From contig CAXXIA010000002.1 in assembly GCA_963666985.2 (NCBI GenBank), forward strand, positions 2,016,001-2,080,000: DNA of 64,000 nucleotides, written 5' to 3'. A program made the translations under genes and the position numbers. Below are positions 29,742 to 38,354 of the stretch, in pieces (the stretch's first letter is position 1; each line of letters opens with the position of its first letter). The notes below the pieces were generated by a model. The model worked only from the letters and a program-made list of their open reading frames with translations, made no database searches and had not been told where the DNA came from. This DNA is from Spirochaetia bacterium (GTDB lineage Bacteria; Spirochaetota; Spirochaetia; DSM-2461).

Positions 29742-30255
29742 TTAATCATCAATTTGAACAATATCAACAGTACCAACAATTCTGATATCACCCAGATAAT
29801 CATCTAAATCTGTTGCATAGTAACTGTATTTTTTGCCTAGAGCATCAACGGATAGTGTGTAACTTCCTAATCCACTATTATCACTATTGCTAATAGTAAT
29901 TGTTCCACTCATCGCTACATATGCTATTTCAGTCGAGTCATCTCCAATTTCGATATGTGAATACCCATTCTCAGTATATCTATGCATAATAATATAGACT
30001 CCATCAGGCGGGACCGTCCAAGAGTCATCTCCATCACGATAGAAATCCAGACTTACAATCATTGGTTCTGAGGATGTTCCAATATCAAATGAATGTGTAG
30101 GAACCGTTACTTCATTCCCCTCATCATCAGTCCAGCCTGTTGTAGCTGTTCCTCCGCTATGATAACCCGTACCGTCTGTGTAACTTGATAGGTCGAAAAC
30201 TTCAAAATCATCTTGATTCTGACTACACCCAGCGATTAGTAAGACAATAGTAAAA
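29742..30255 (-). pseudogene. Lipoprotein gene whose start was removed by IS3
   Basis: ...FTIVLLIAGC lipobox begins exactly at the IS3 boundary (30255/30256); acidic beta-rich body. Confidence 0.65.
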
Positions 30256-30283
30256 TGGAATTCCCAGACTTCTATAGACACCT

Positions 30284-31144
30284 CTAGCTTGCAATAGAAC
30301 CCTTTTCAAATTCAACCGGAGAGATCCCGCCAAGATGCTTGTGGCGACGCTTCCGGTTGTAAAATGCTTCAATATAATCGAACACATCAGACCGTGCTTC
30401 ATCCCTTGTTCGATATGTCTTCCGGCGAATCCGTTCCTTCTTCAAACTACCAAAGAATGATTCCATGGCTGCATTGTCCCAGCAGTTTCCACGACGGCTC
30501 ATACTTCTCTTCAGTCCGTTGTCACGACAGAATCTAATCCAGTCACCGCTGTCAAATTGGCCGCCCTGATCGGAATGGATAAGGACTTTGTTTTTCGGGC
30601 GTCTCTTCCAAACAGCTGTCAGTAAGGCCTGGATAACCAGATCACGATGAAGCGTGTTCTGCATGGACCAGCCGATGATTCTCCTGGAATAAAGATCCAT
30701 GACAACTGCGAGATACAGCCAACCTTCATGAGTTCGAATATAGGTAATATCCGTTGTCCACGCAGTATCGGGTTCTTCTACATTAAAGTCCTGCTGGAGA
30801 TGGTTCGGGGCAGCCTGGGACGGTTTTCCATACTTGAATCGACGCATCTTGAAGCCGACCATCGCCCTGATACCATGCTCTCGCATGATTCTGGCTACTC
30901 GATGGACGCTGCAGGATTCTCCGTCTTCCATCAAATCCTCATGGATTCGTGGACTTCCGTAGACCTGATCGCTTTCTTCGTAGAAGTGGCGAATCTTCTT
31001 CAACAACCGAATGTCTTCAATCTTTCTCTCTGATTGAGGTTTTCTCAACCATGCATAGAATCCGCTTCGATTGACATCGAGAACCCGGCACATAGTCTTC
31101 ACTCTGAATTCAGCCCTGTAGTTTTTGATGAAGGCATATCTTAC
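30284..31144 (-). CDS. IS3 transposase OrfB (DDE), expressed as OrfAB through a -1 frameshift
   Basis: WTTDITYI, IHSDQG, CWDNAAMESFF; frame open up to the A7G slippery site at 31180-31173. Confidence 0.92.
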   Translation of the reverse strand, partial: VRYAFIKNYRAEFRVKTMCRVLDVNRSGFYAWLRKPQSERKIEDIRLLKKIRHFYEESDQVYGSPRIHEDLMEDGESCSVHRVARIMREHGIRAMVGFKMRRFKYGKPSQAAPNHLQQDFNVEEPDTAWTTDITYIRTHEGWLYLAVVMDLYSRRIIGWSMQNTLHRDLVIQALLTAVWKRRPKNKVLIHSDQGGQFDSGDWIRFCRDNGLKRSMSRRGNCWDNAAMESFFGSLKKERIRRKTYRTRDEARSDVFDYIEAFYNRKRRHKHLGGISPVEFEKGSIAS

Positions 31145-31428
31145 TCGGACTGACTCGCGAAGTATGCCGCGGCTTTTTTTAAGATATCTCGCTCTTCCTG
31201 CACCCGCCGCAGCTCTGCTTTCAGCCTGGCATTCTCGACTTCAAGCTCCTTATTTGCTTTTGCCGATTCTGGTGCTTTTGGATTTCGAGAATCGGCCTTC
31301 AGCCACTTATAGAGGCTATGGGTTGAGACTCCTATACGCTCAGAGACTTCCTTGATGGAGTAGCCCCGCTCAACAACCTGGCCGACTGCTTCTGCCTTGA
31401 ATTCGTCCGAATATCGCGGACTTCCCAT
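31141..31428 (-). CDS. IS3 transposase OrfA (HTH + leucine zipper)
   Basis: RYSDEFKAEAV...ENARLKAELRRVQEERDILKKAAAYFA; AGGAAGGAG RBS region. Confidence 0.92.
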   Translation of the reverse strand: MGSPRYSDEFKAEAVGQVVERGYSIKEVSERIGVSTHSLYKWLKADSRNPKAPESAKANKELEVENARLKAELRRVQEERDILKKAAAYFASQSE

Positions 31429-31487
31429 GATGTACACTCCTTCCTCATTTTGAGTTTAGCAGTGTCTATCAAAAGCTGGGAATTCCA

Positions 31488-32511
31488 TCTTGCCGACAAA
31501 ATTATCGAATCCCTCTCGCTTATCCTCATCTATATATATCTTTTCATTTACTACCTGTCGGAGCATCACAACAGCATATTCATGCATATGAGCATTATTT
31601 TGATCGATTCGCCATCGGTTTTTATCCCAATAATACGTGTTTCCTGAATCTGAAGCACTTTTGAAGATATTTCCATATCTTATTAACAAACGATCAGTTA
31701 GGCCAAAATCATTCCATTCCAATTTTGAACATTTTTCCAGCTTATCGGCCAGCTTTGAATCATAGTATTTCTGGGCACTTTTCAAGACGTCCATGAACTC
31801 ATTCTGAGCTAATGGTTCTTTTATACTGGAGTTCCTTATACTAAGTTCCGTTAGTACATGTTCAGGTCTATAACCCCTTCCATACATAGCTGTGGCTTGA
31901 CCGAATAAAGAATTATTCCGATTCCCTACTACCAGAGAGTAATTGCGAGTTTGTATATCTGAGCTTGGAACGACTTCAGGAGCAACTATTGAATCGATCT
32001 TTTCAGTAATACAGATTCCTTCATTTCGTATTATCTGCACATTAGGATTTCCAAAAAAGAAGCGGGAGACGTCTTTACAACTAGCATCGAAGTATGGCCG
32101 CAAATGAACAAGACGCCTTAAATACTCTTCAACTGTTTGCTTCTCTGTAATTTCGCAATCTAGATCGAAGAACACATGAAACCTTTCTCGTGGCTCTTCA
32201 CCATCATGCTTTACTTTCCCATGATTCCGAGATGTCGCTATCCAGAATCGATAGGCAGCAAATTCCTGCATGAATTGCTCGATAGTAATGATATCTTTCT
32301 CTTCGATACGACTATCATTATCGATATCTGCATAGAGCCATGATGTGGATTGAAAATTCTCTTTGCATCTCTCACCATCTGCCATCTTGCATAGCATATG
32401 GTCTTTGGTTACAGCTTCACGGAAGGATTCAACTTCATCGATTTTAACAGGAATCTGATAGACCTTGTTTTTTGGGTCTCCGACTGTATCACTTCTGTAA
32501 ATTATCGCCAT
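31488..32511 (-). pseudogene. Phage/plasmid P4-type primase (AEP + PriCT-1 + start of D5_N), truncated by IS3 before the helicase domain
   Basis: YADIDND (DxD), ATSRNH, RFHVFF, YFDASCKDVSRFFFG; GNRNNSLF...EPL PriCT-like; WNDFGLTDRL...YYWD..RW D5_N-like; no Walker A before the IS end. Confidence 0.75.
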
Positions 32512-32695
32512 GCTGCTTACACTCCTGTGTACTTTCCAATTGTTTCATTGTTTCATCGATGAGTCCCCGTACGATATGTGATAACGGGCAACGTTTTGAT
32601 TCTGCGAGTCTCTTCAAAAACTCGATTTGATACCAATCTATGACCAATTTTAGGTAATCAGGATCATAAACTTGACTGCTTGGATGAATTACCAT
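32489..32695 (-). CDS. Small putative ribbon-helix-helix DNA-binding protein
   Basis: AGGAG RBS; strand-helix-helix pattern LKLVID...FLKRLAE...LSHIVRGLID. Confidence 0.5.
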   Translation of the reverse strand: MVIHPSSQVYDPDYLKLVIDWYQIEFLKRLAESKRCPLSHIVRGLIDETMKQLESTQECKQHGDNLQK

Positions 32696-32870
32696 TTTCT
32701 ACTCCTTTGATCTGTTTAGTTCGAAGTGATTGAAGAAGAGCGATACCGATATATTCGCTTCGGTTCATCTTCAACTCGGATCGTCTCAACTCGATTTTTC
32801 GAGCAAGAGACGGGTCTAGGGTGAAACTGAAAAGTCGTTTCTTCCGCTTTATGGAATTGCCCATAGACAC
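32664..32870 (-). CDS. Small CopG/RHH-like DNA-binding protein
   Basis: KRLFSFTLDPSLARKIE...MNRSEYIGIAL; AAGGAG RBS (the start may be ATG 32864). Confidence 0.6.
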   Translation of the reverse strand: MSMGNSIKRKKRLFSFTLDPSLARKIELRRSELKMNRSEYIGIALLQSLRTKQIKGVENGNSSKQSSL

Positions 32871-33310
32871 TCCTTTAGTGGTCCTCAGAAACGAGGATTG
32901 AGATGATATAGCTCGCCTACAGCGAACTTTTTTAATGGGGGGGGCAGAATTGCTTGGAATAGCTGTATTACAGCCTATGAAAATAAAAACTCGCGGAGAT
33001 CTCCACGAGTTGTGTGTATTATACCCTACTCGCGGTGTTAACCCAAAACTTAGTGTTGAAAAGGGTCAAAGTTGTTATAGATAAGCAAAAAAATCTTGCG
33101 ACTAAGACGGCGGTATTACAGACCTGACTTTGTGTTTTTCCCCAATGGGGCGGGTCTCTTGCTATAATGATTGTTACTGAAATTGTTACTTGAGTGTTAC
33201 GTTTACTTTCAAAATACTTTGATAATCGGTTATTATGCTGTTTGCTTTATTTCTTTTATCCGTATATAATTAAAGAAAAAGAGCGTAATCGAAAAACAGT
33301 AGAAATTCGA

Positions 33311-33402
<92 letters not shown>

Positions 33403-33527
33403 ATTTAGACTTACTGGAGTTGAAGGGGTGAGCCGCTGAGCAATAGCGAAGAAGAGGTGCCAGGATGGCACCGAAAGGCGAAACCAGCGGCCTGGAGGAA
33501 TCCGACACGATGTCGGATGATGGAAGG

Positions 33528-33589
33528 CGAGTCCAGTATCGCCCAACAAAAGAGGGGGCTGTCCCATAAGGGGCGGCTCCTCTTTTGTT
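33528..33589. repeat. Third copy of the tRNA 3' end (18 bp) plus a second copy of the terminator hairpin (likely also terminates tetR)
   Basis: CGAGTCCAGTATCGCCCA at 33528-33545, then AACAAAAGAGGGGGCTGTCCC-ATAA-GGGGCGGCTCCTCTTTTGTT. Confidence 0.85.
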
Positions 33590-33606
33590 CTTCGGAAGAA
33601 TCAGGC

Positions 33607-34209
33607 TTATTTTTTGTCGCCGTTCGGACAGCGAAGGAGGCTTTTCGCCAGCAGCCGAATATACTCCTTACGGGTTTCTTCGTTGTGTAAATCCACGGAG
33701 GCAAATTGATCATAGAGCCTCGGAGCGAAGATAAGCGGAAGAAGCGTGGCCGAGATTATCTGGATGATGGCGAGCTGAAGCGTTTTTTTATCGAGTTCCA
33801 CCCCCCTGCCGGTTAAATCTTCTTCAAGATTCTTTAAGAAAAGACTGAAGGCATCCATGGACGGTCCGCTGTAATCTCCGTTGAATACCCCTGAGAAGTG
33901 GGCACGGGTAATTCCGGGAAAGTTAACAACACCTTCCATTAAGTGATTCAGGATGACGGTAAGTCTGTCGATCGGTTCGGATTCGTCCGATTCCCGGAAA
34001 TCGGACCAGTCAAAGGCATTCTTGAGTGTAATGTCGATAACTTTCTTCACAAGGTTGTCTTTACTTCGGAAGTAGTAATTGATGGCCGCGCTGTTTACAC
34101 CCGCTCTCTCAGCGACTTTCCGGATGGTCATCGCTTCGAGTCCTTCTTCATTGATGCAGTCGATTGCCGCCAGGATTATTTTTTCTTCCGCGGAAGTTTC
34201 GGAATTCAT
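33607..34209 (-). CDS. TetR/AcrR family transcriptional regulator
   Basis: EKIILAAIDCINEEGLEAMTIRKVAERAGVNSAAINYYFRSKDNL HTH. Confidence 0.93.
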   Translation of the reverse strand: MNSETSAEEKIILAAIDCINEEGLEAMTIRKVAERAGVNSAAINYYFRSKDNLVKKVIDITLKNAFDWSDFRESDESEPIDRLTVILNHLMEGVVNFPGITRAHFSGVFNGDYSGPSMDAFSLFLKNLEEDLTGRGVELDKKTLQLAIIQIISATLLPLIFAPRLYDQFASVDLHNEETRKEYIRLLAKSLLRCPNGDKK

Positions 34210-34248
34210 GATTTCCCCATTTGATTGAAACGGCTGTTTGATTCGGAT

Positions 34249-35166
34249 TTATCCTACATTTCTCCGGGAATCTTTTTCAAGCGGAGCGAATATTTCCTTT
34301 TCTTGAATGCCGCACATCCTTTCGGAACGTTCCCAGAGTCTGCACGCCGCGTCCCGATTATAGGAAACACGGCCGGATCGGATCGGTTTTCCTTCCAGCC
34401 AGTATGTTCCGTTTCCAAGAGTCTTAATCGGTGCGGTAATCAAATGAACGATGGTTTTGGCAGCATGATCCGAACCGACACCATGCTTTCGCCGCTTCGA
34501 CCAGAACCAGGATTCGAATCCGAGAGTGTTTTTTTGGCCGAGCCCTGTGTTTACCAAACCCGGATCGGCGGCGAAGGCGCGAACGGAACCGTGTTTCCCC
34601 AAACGGCGGGCCAGTTCGTAGGTAAAAATTACATTGGCGAGCTTGGATTGGCGATAAGCCTTGAGAAGGTGGTATCCCTTTCTTAAGTGGAGATCGTCCC
34701 AGTGGATTCGACCGGAGCGGTGCGATCCGGAGCTTACCGTTACGATCCGTGCTTCGGGGGCGGATTGAAGGAGCGGCAGAAGAAGCCGTGTCAGCAGGAA
34801 GGGTGCCAGATGATTCACGGCGAATTGGAGTTCGTAGCCCTCCGCGGTTGTTGTGTACCAGCTTGCGACCGTTGCGGCGTTGTTGACCAATCCCGCAAGA
34901 CCCTCGCATCCTCGGGAGGCCGTGAGATTTTCTATTGAAGCGGCCAATTCCCGAATATTCCTCTGCACCGAGAGATCCGCCGTAAGATATTCCACGGCGG
35001 AATTCGGGGATTCGGTTTGAATCAATGTTTTCGCGATTCGGCATTTCTCTTCCGACCGCCCGACTCCGACGACAAAGAAATTCGATGCGGCCAGGTTTCT
35101 CGCCGCCGCCAGTCCGATTCCGGAAGTCGCGCCCGTTATAACGACGGCTTTTTTCTCCGATTTCAT
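34249..35166 (-). CDS. SDR oxidoreductase (retinol-dehydrogenase-like subgroup)
   Basis: TGATSGIG, LVNNA, FAVNHLAPFLLT, YRQSKLAN. Confidence 0.9.
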   Translation of the reverse strand: MKSEKKAVVITGATSGIGLAAARNLAASNFFVVGVGRSEEKCRIAKTLIQTESPNSAVEYLTADLSVQRNIRELAASIENLTASRGCEGLAGLVNNAATVASWYTTTAEGYELQFAVNHLAPFLLTRLLLPLLQSAPEARIVTVSSGSHRSGRIHWDDLHLRKGYHLLKAYRQSKLANVIFTYELARRLGKHGSVRAFAADPGLVNTGLGQKNTLGFESWFWSKRRKHGVGSDHAAKTIVHLITAPIKTLGNGTYWLEGKPIRSGRVSYNRDAACRLWERSERMCGIQEKEIFAPLEKDSRRNVG

Positions 35167-35212
35167 TCTTTCCTCCTCACAAGGTTTTTTTTGTTCGAAG
35201 TAACTTTATAAT

Positions 35213-35279
35213 TAAAACGTACGATTAGTCCATATGATTAAAACACGTGTTTGACGTCTCGGGTAATAAGGCTTATCGT
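35213..35279. promoter_or_regulatory. Two palindromic TetR-like operators overlapping a sigma70 promoter in the divergent intergenic region
   Basis: TAAAACGTACGATTAG (35213-35228), TAAAACACGTGTTTGA (35239-35254); TTGACG-17-TATCGT (35251-35279); a related site TGAAACGGCTGTTTGA lies at 34226-34241 before tetR. Confidence 0.6.
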
Positions 35280-35313
35280 GAATCGATTATAAGGGGACCG
35301 GGAGGATTGAGGG

Positions 35314-36129
35314 ATGGAGAGTCGGGTTATGATTACGGGAGGCGCGGGTGCTCTGGGACGCGCGTTCGCCGCGGAATGCGCGGAACGGGGCTGGGATTTA
35401 ATTCTGACGGATATCGACGGGAACGCTTTGGCCGATACGGCCGCCGGATTATCCCGCGCATACGGAATCCGCGTGGATGTTTTTCCCTGCGATCTTATGA
35501 AGGAAGAGTCCAGGAATACTCTTTATTCCGATCTCGCGGATTCGGCATTGAAAATTCGGATGCTGATTAATGTGGCGGGTCTGGATTATGAAGGCGGGGT
35601 TTTGGAAAGGACACGGGAAGAGCTTCGAAAGATCGTTCGTCTGAATGTCGAGGCGACTTTGGAAACAACTCGCGCCGTATTGGAACTGAACGATTCGGAG
35701 CGGTCCTTTCGGCTCATTACCGTCTCGAGTCTTTCGGCCTATTACCCCATGCCGCTTAAAGCGACATACGCGGCGTCCAAGGCGTTTCTGCTGCAGTTTT
35801 CATTGGCCGTTCGAGAAGAACTTCGGAGTTCCGGGGGTTCGGCAACGGCGCTTTGTCCTTCGGGACTTCCTACACGGGAAGAAGCAATCGATGCCATCGA
35901 CGCTCAGGGCTTTATGGGACGGATAACGGCGATGAATATCGGAAAAGTGGCGGCTCTGACAATCGACGGAGCGCTTAAGGGACGGGCCGTTGTAATACCC
36001 GGTGCCGTTAATCGGGTTCTTCGGTTTCTCGGTTCGATCGTACCTCTTCCGATTCAAACCAGACTCCTTGCGGCCCGATGGGAAAAAGCGCGCGGCAGAT
36101 TCCGGCCGGAACCCGCCATTGGTGAATGA
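35314..36129 (+). CDS. SDR oxidoreductase (DltE/17beta-HSD-like subgroup)
   Basis: TGGAGALG, LINVAG, VSS, YAASK. Confidence 0.88.
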   Translation: MESRVMITGGAGALGRAFAAECAERGWDLILTDIDGNALADTAAGLSRAYGIRVDVFPCDLMKEESRNTLYSDLADSALKIRMLINVAGLDYEGGVLERTREELRKIVRLNVEATLETTRAVLELNDSERSFRLITVSSLSAYYPMPLKATYAASKAFLLQFSLAVREELRSSGGSATALCPSGLPTREEAIDAIDAQGFMGRITAMNIGKVAALTIDGALKGRAVVIPGAVNRVLRFLGSIVPLPIQTRLLAARWEKARGRFRPEPAIGE

Positions 36130-36228
36130 ATAAATCTTTAACCGAAACCCCCTGTCGACGGATTGAGAAAATCGGGCCTGCGATGTAATACATATGAAGA
36201 GTGTTTTATCGCTACAGGAGGCCCCAAT

Positions 36229-37446
36229 TTGTCAAATATCCCGATTTTTGAAAAATGCCGGAATTTTGAAGCAGCACAGCAGGCTCGGGAAGGCGGGTAT
36301 TATCCGTACTTTCGCCCCATAGAAAGAGCTGAAGGAACAAAAGTCATTATCGAAGGCCGTGAGCTGCTGATGTTCGGTTCGAACAACTACCTCGGTCTGG
36401 CTCAGGATGAACGGGTTCAGGAAGCCGCCGTTAAAGCGATTCACGATTACGGAACCAGCTGTTCCGGTTCAAGGTTCATGAACGGGACTCTAGATCTTCA
36501 TGAGAAGCTGGAGAATAAACTGGCGGAATTTACCGGTCAGGAAGCCGCCCTTTGTCATACCACCGGATATCAAACCAATCTCGGTGCCATCAGTGCGCTG
36601 GTCGGACGGAAGGATCACGTGATATCGGACAAATTTAACCATGCTTCCATCATGGACGGTATCTTTCTGGCCCGCGGTTTTTCGGGCGGGGTGAATCTTC
36701 ATCGCTACAAGCATAACGATATGGACGACCTCGAATCGGTATTGAAAAAGATACCTGCGGACGAGGGAAAAATTGTGGTGACCGACGGCGTGTTCTCCAT
36801 GGAAGGAGACATCGTAAAGCTGCCGGAGCTGAAGCTGCTTTGCGAGAAGTACAATGCCGCGGTTTATTTGGATGAAGCTCATGCCGTCGGCGTTGTAGGG
36901 GCCACGGGAAGGGGAACTTCGGAACATTTCGGTTCTCCGGATTTGGTGGATTTGGTGATGTGCACCTTCAGCAAGTCTTTCGGTTCCATCGGAGGATTTG
37001 TCGCCGGACCGGCGAAGGTTATCGATTATGTCAAACATTTTTCCCGGCCGCTGATATTCAGTGCGTCCATGCCTCCGGCCAATGTGGCCAGCGTTCTCAA
37101 AACTCTGGAAATTATCATGGAAGAACCTCAAAGGGTGCGCCGGCTGCAGGAAATCGCCGATTATATGCTCAAAGGATTTGCCTCACGGGGTTTTGATATC
37201 GGCCGCGCGGAAACGCCGATTATTCCCATTATTACCGGTTCTCAGGAGAAAACCATCGCTTACTGGACGGCTCTCTTTAATCGGGGGATTTACGTTAATC
37301 CGGTTCTGCCTCCGGCGGTTCCCCCGAACCGCTGTTTGATTCGCACCAGCTATATGGCGATTCATCAGCAGGCCGATTTGGATTATTTCCTTGATGCGGC
37401 CACCGAAGAAGCGGACAAACTTGATATTCCCCGAGCGGCGGCCTGA
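36229..37446 (+). CDS. spt: PLP-dependent alpha-oxoamine synthase, serine palmitoyltransferase-like
   Basis: AGGAGG RBS and TTG start; YPYFRPIE, FGSNNYLGL, GTSCSGSRFMNGTLDLH, NHAS, DEAH, TFSKS (PLP Lys), IFSAS, VNPVLPPAVP...IR follow the Bacteroidota Spt pattern as I recall it. Confidence 0.75.
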   Translation: MSNIPIFEKCRNFEAAQQAREGGYYPYFRPIERAEGTKVIIEGRELLMFGSNNYLGLAQDERVQEAAVKAIHDYGTSCSGSRFMNGTLDLHEKLENKLAEFTGQEAALCHTTGYQTNLGAISALVGRKDHVISDKFNHASIMDGIFLARGFSGGVNLHRYKHNDMDDLESVLKKIPADEGKIVVTDGVFSMEGDIVKLPELKLLCEKYNAAVYLDEAHAVGVVGATGRGTSEHFGSPDLVDLVMCTFSKSFGSIGGFVAGPAKVIDYVKHFSRPLIFSASMPPANVASVLKTLEIIMEEPQRVRRLQEIADYMLKGFASRGFDIGRAETPIIPIITGSQEKTIAYWTALFNRGIYVNPVLPPAVPPNRCLIRTSYMAIHQQADLDYFLDAATEEADKLDIPRAAA

Positions 37447-38267
37447 TGACGAAGAGACCTTCTTTTCGATTGGCGATTCTGACAGGCGGTTCCAGCGGCA
37501 TCGGACTGGCCGTTGCCGAACGTCTTGTCGGTGAAGGCACCTCGGTGGTTCTGATGGCAAGACGCCCGGAGCTTCTCATGCAGGCCGCCGAAAGATTGGA
37601 GTTTAAAAAACGGGACAAAGCTGAAATCCACACCGTTTCTCTGGACGTTTCGGATGCTTCCGCGGTGCGCCAGGGGGTCACCCAAATTCTTCAAAACATC
37701 GGAACGCCCGATTTGGTTTATTGCGGGGCGGGAATGACTCATACCAACCATTTCGCCGAGATTACGCGGGAACAGTTTCAGGCGATTCTGACAACGAATG
37801 TCGGAGGTATTTGGAACGTGCTGTCGTCGGTTCTTCCGAGTATGAGGGAGAGGGGAGAGGGGACCGTCGTGACGGTTTCTTCCGTATCGGGCTTGGTGGG
37901 AACCTACGGGTATTCCGCCTATGCCGCTTCGAAGTTCGGCGTTATGGGTTTGTCTCAGGTTTTGAGAAACGAGCTCAAACCCGACGGGATTCGGGTGAAG
38001 GTGCTCTGTCCGCCGGATACCAACACCCCGCAGCTGGAGGAAGAGCGGCTCACGATGCCGGAAGAAACCCGGAAAATCAACGGGATGGCCGGATGCAAGG
38101 AGCCCGAGGAGATCGCCGAGGCGCTGATGAAAGGCTTACGAAAGCGACGGTTCGTTATCCTTCCGGGATTTATGAGCAAGGTTACCTGGTATCTCTACCG
38201 GTGGTTTCCCGGATTTGTTCATCTGATTATCGATTCGGATGTCCGGAGGGCGCGAAAGGCGAAGTGA
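37446..38267 (+). CDS. 3-ketodihydrosphingosine reductase-like SDR (KDSR/FVT1/Tsc10 subgroup)
   Basis: TGGSSGIG, VSS, GYSAYAASKF, and PPDTNTPQLEEE...PEETR motif of KDSR-like SDRs; start overlaps the spt stop (TGATG). Confidence 0.7.
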   Translation: MTKRPSFRLAILTGGSSGIGLAVAERLVGEGTSVVLMARRPELLMQAAERLEFKKRDKAEIHTVSLDVSDASAVRQGVTQILQNIGTPDLVYCGAGMTHTNHFAEITREQFQAILTTNVGGIWNVLSSVLPSMRERGEGTVVTVSSVSGLVGTYGYSAYAASKFGVMGLSQVLRNELKPDGIRVKVLCPPDTNTPQLEEERLTMPEETRKINGMAGCKEPEEIAEALMKGLRKRRFVILPGFMSKVTWYLYRWFPGFVHLIIDSDVRRARKAK

Positions 38268-38354
38268 GTGCTTTGGCTCCCAGGGAGCCGAAGCATCAGG
38301 AAGTGGTGCATTATATTGCGCTGAACAGGTGCGATACCGCGATAATATCGCCGA

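Larger units (their letters stand above)
30256..31487 (-). mobile_element. IS3-family insertion sequence (1232 bp)
   Basis: TG...CA ends with 26-bp IRs (TGGAATTCCCAG..TT..ATAGACAC, 22/26); flanks differ (AAAA vs TCTT), so no target duplication. Confidence 0.92.

Noticed and set aside
33432..33495. Hammerhead-ribozyme-like elements (CTGA...GA-stem-GAAA) in the tRNA-linked unit
   Set aside because: The CUGANGA core is interrupted by 14 nt and I could not find a stem III with a UH cleavage site.
36229..37446. Annotation as BioF or Kbl
   Set aside because: No bio or tdh genes adjacent; the N-terminal YPYFR and SRFxNGT pattern and the coupled KDSR-like gene fit Spt better. Not excluded without a phylogeny.
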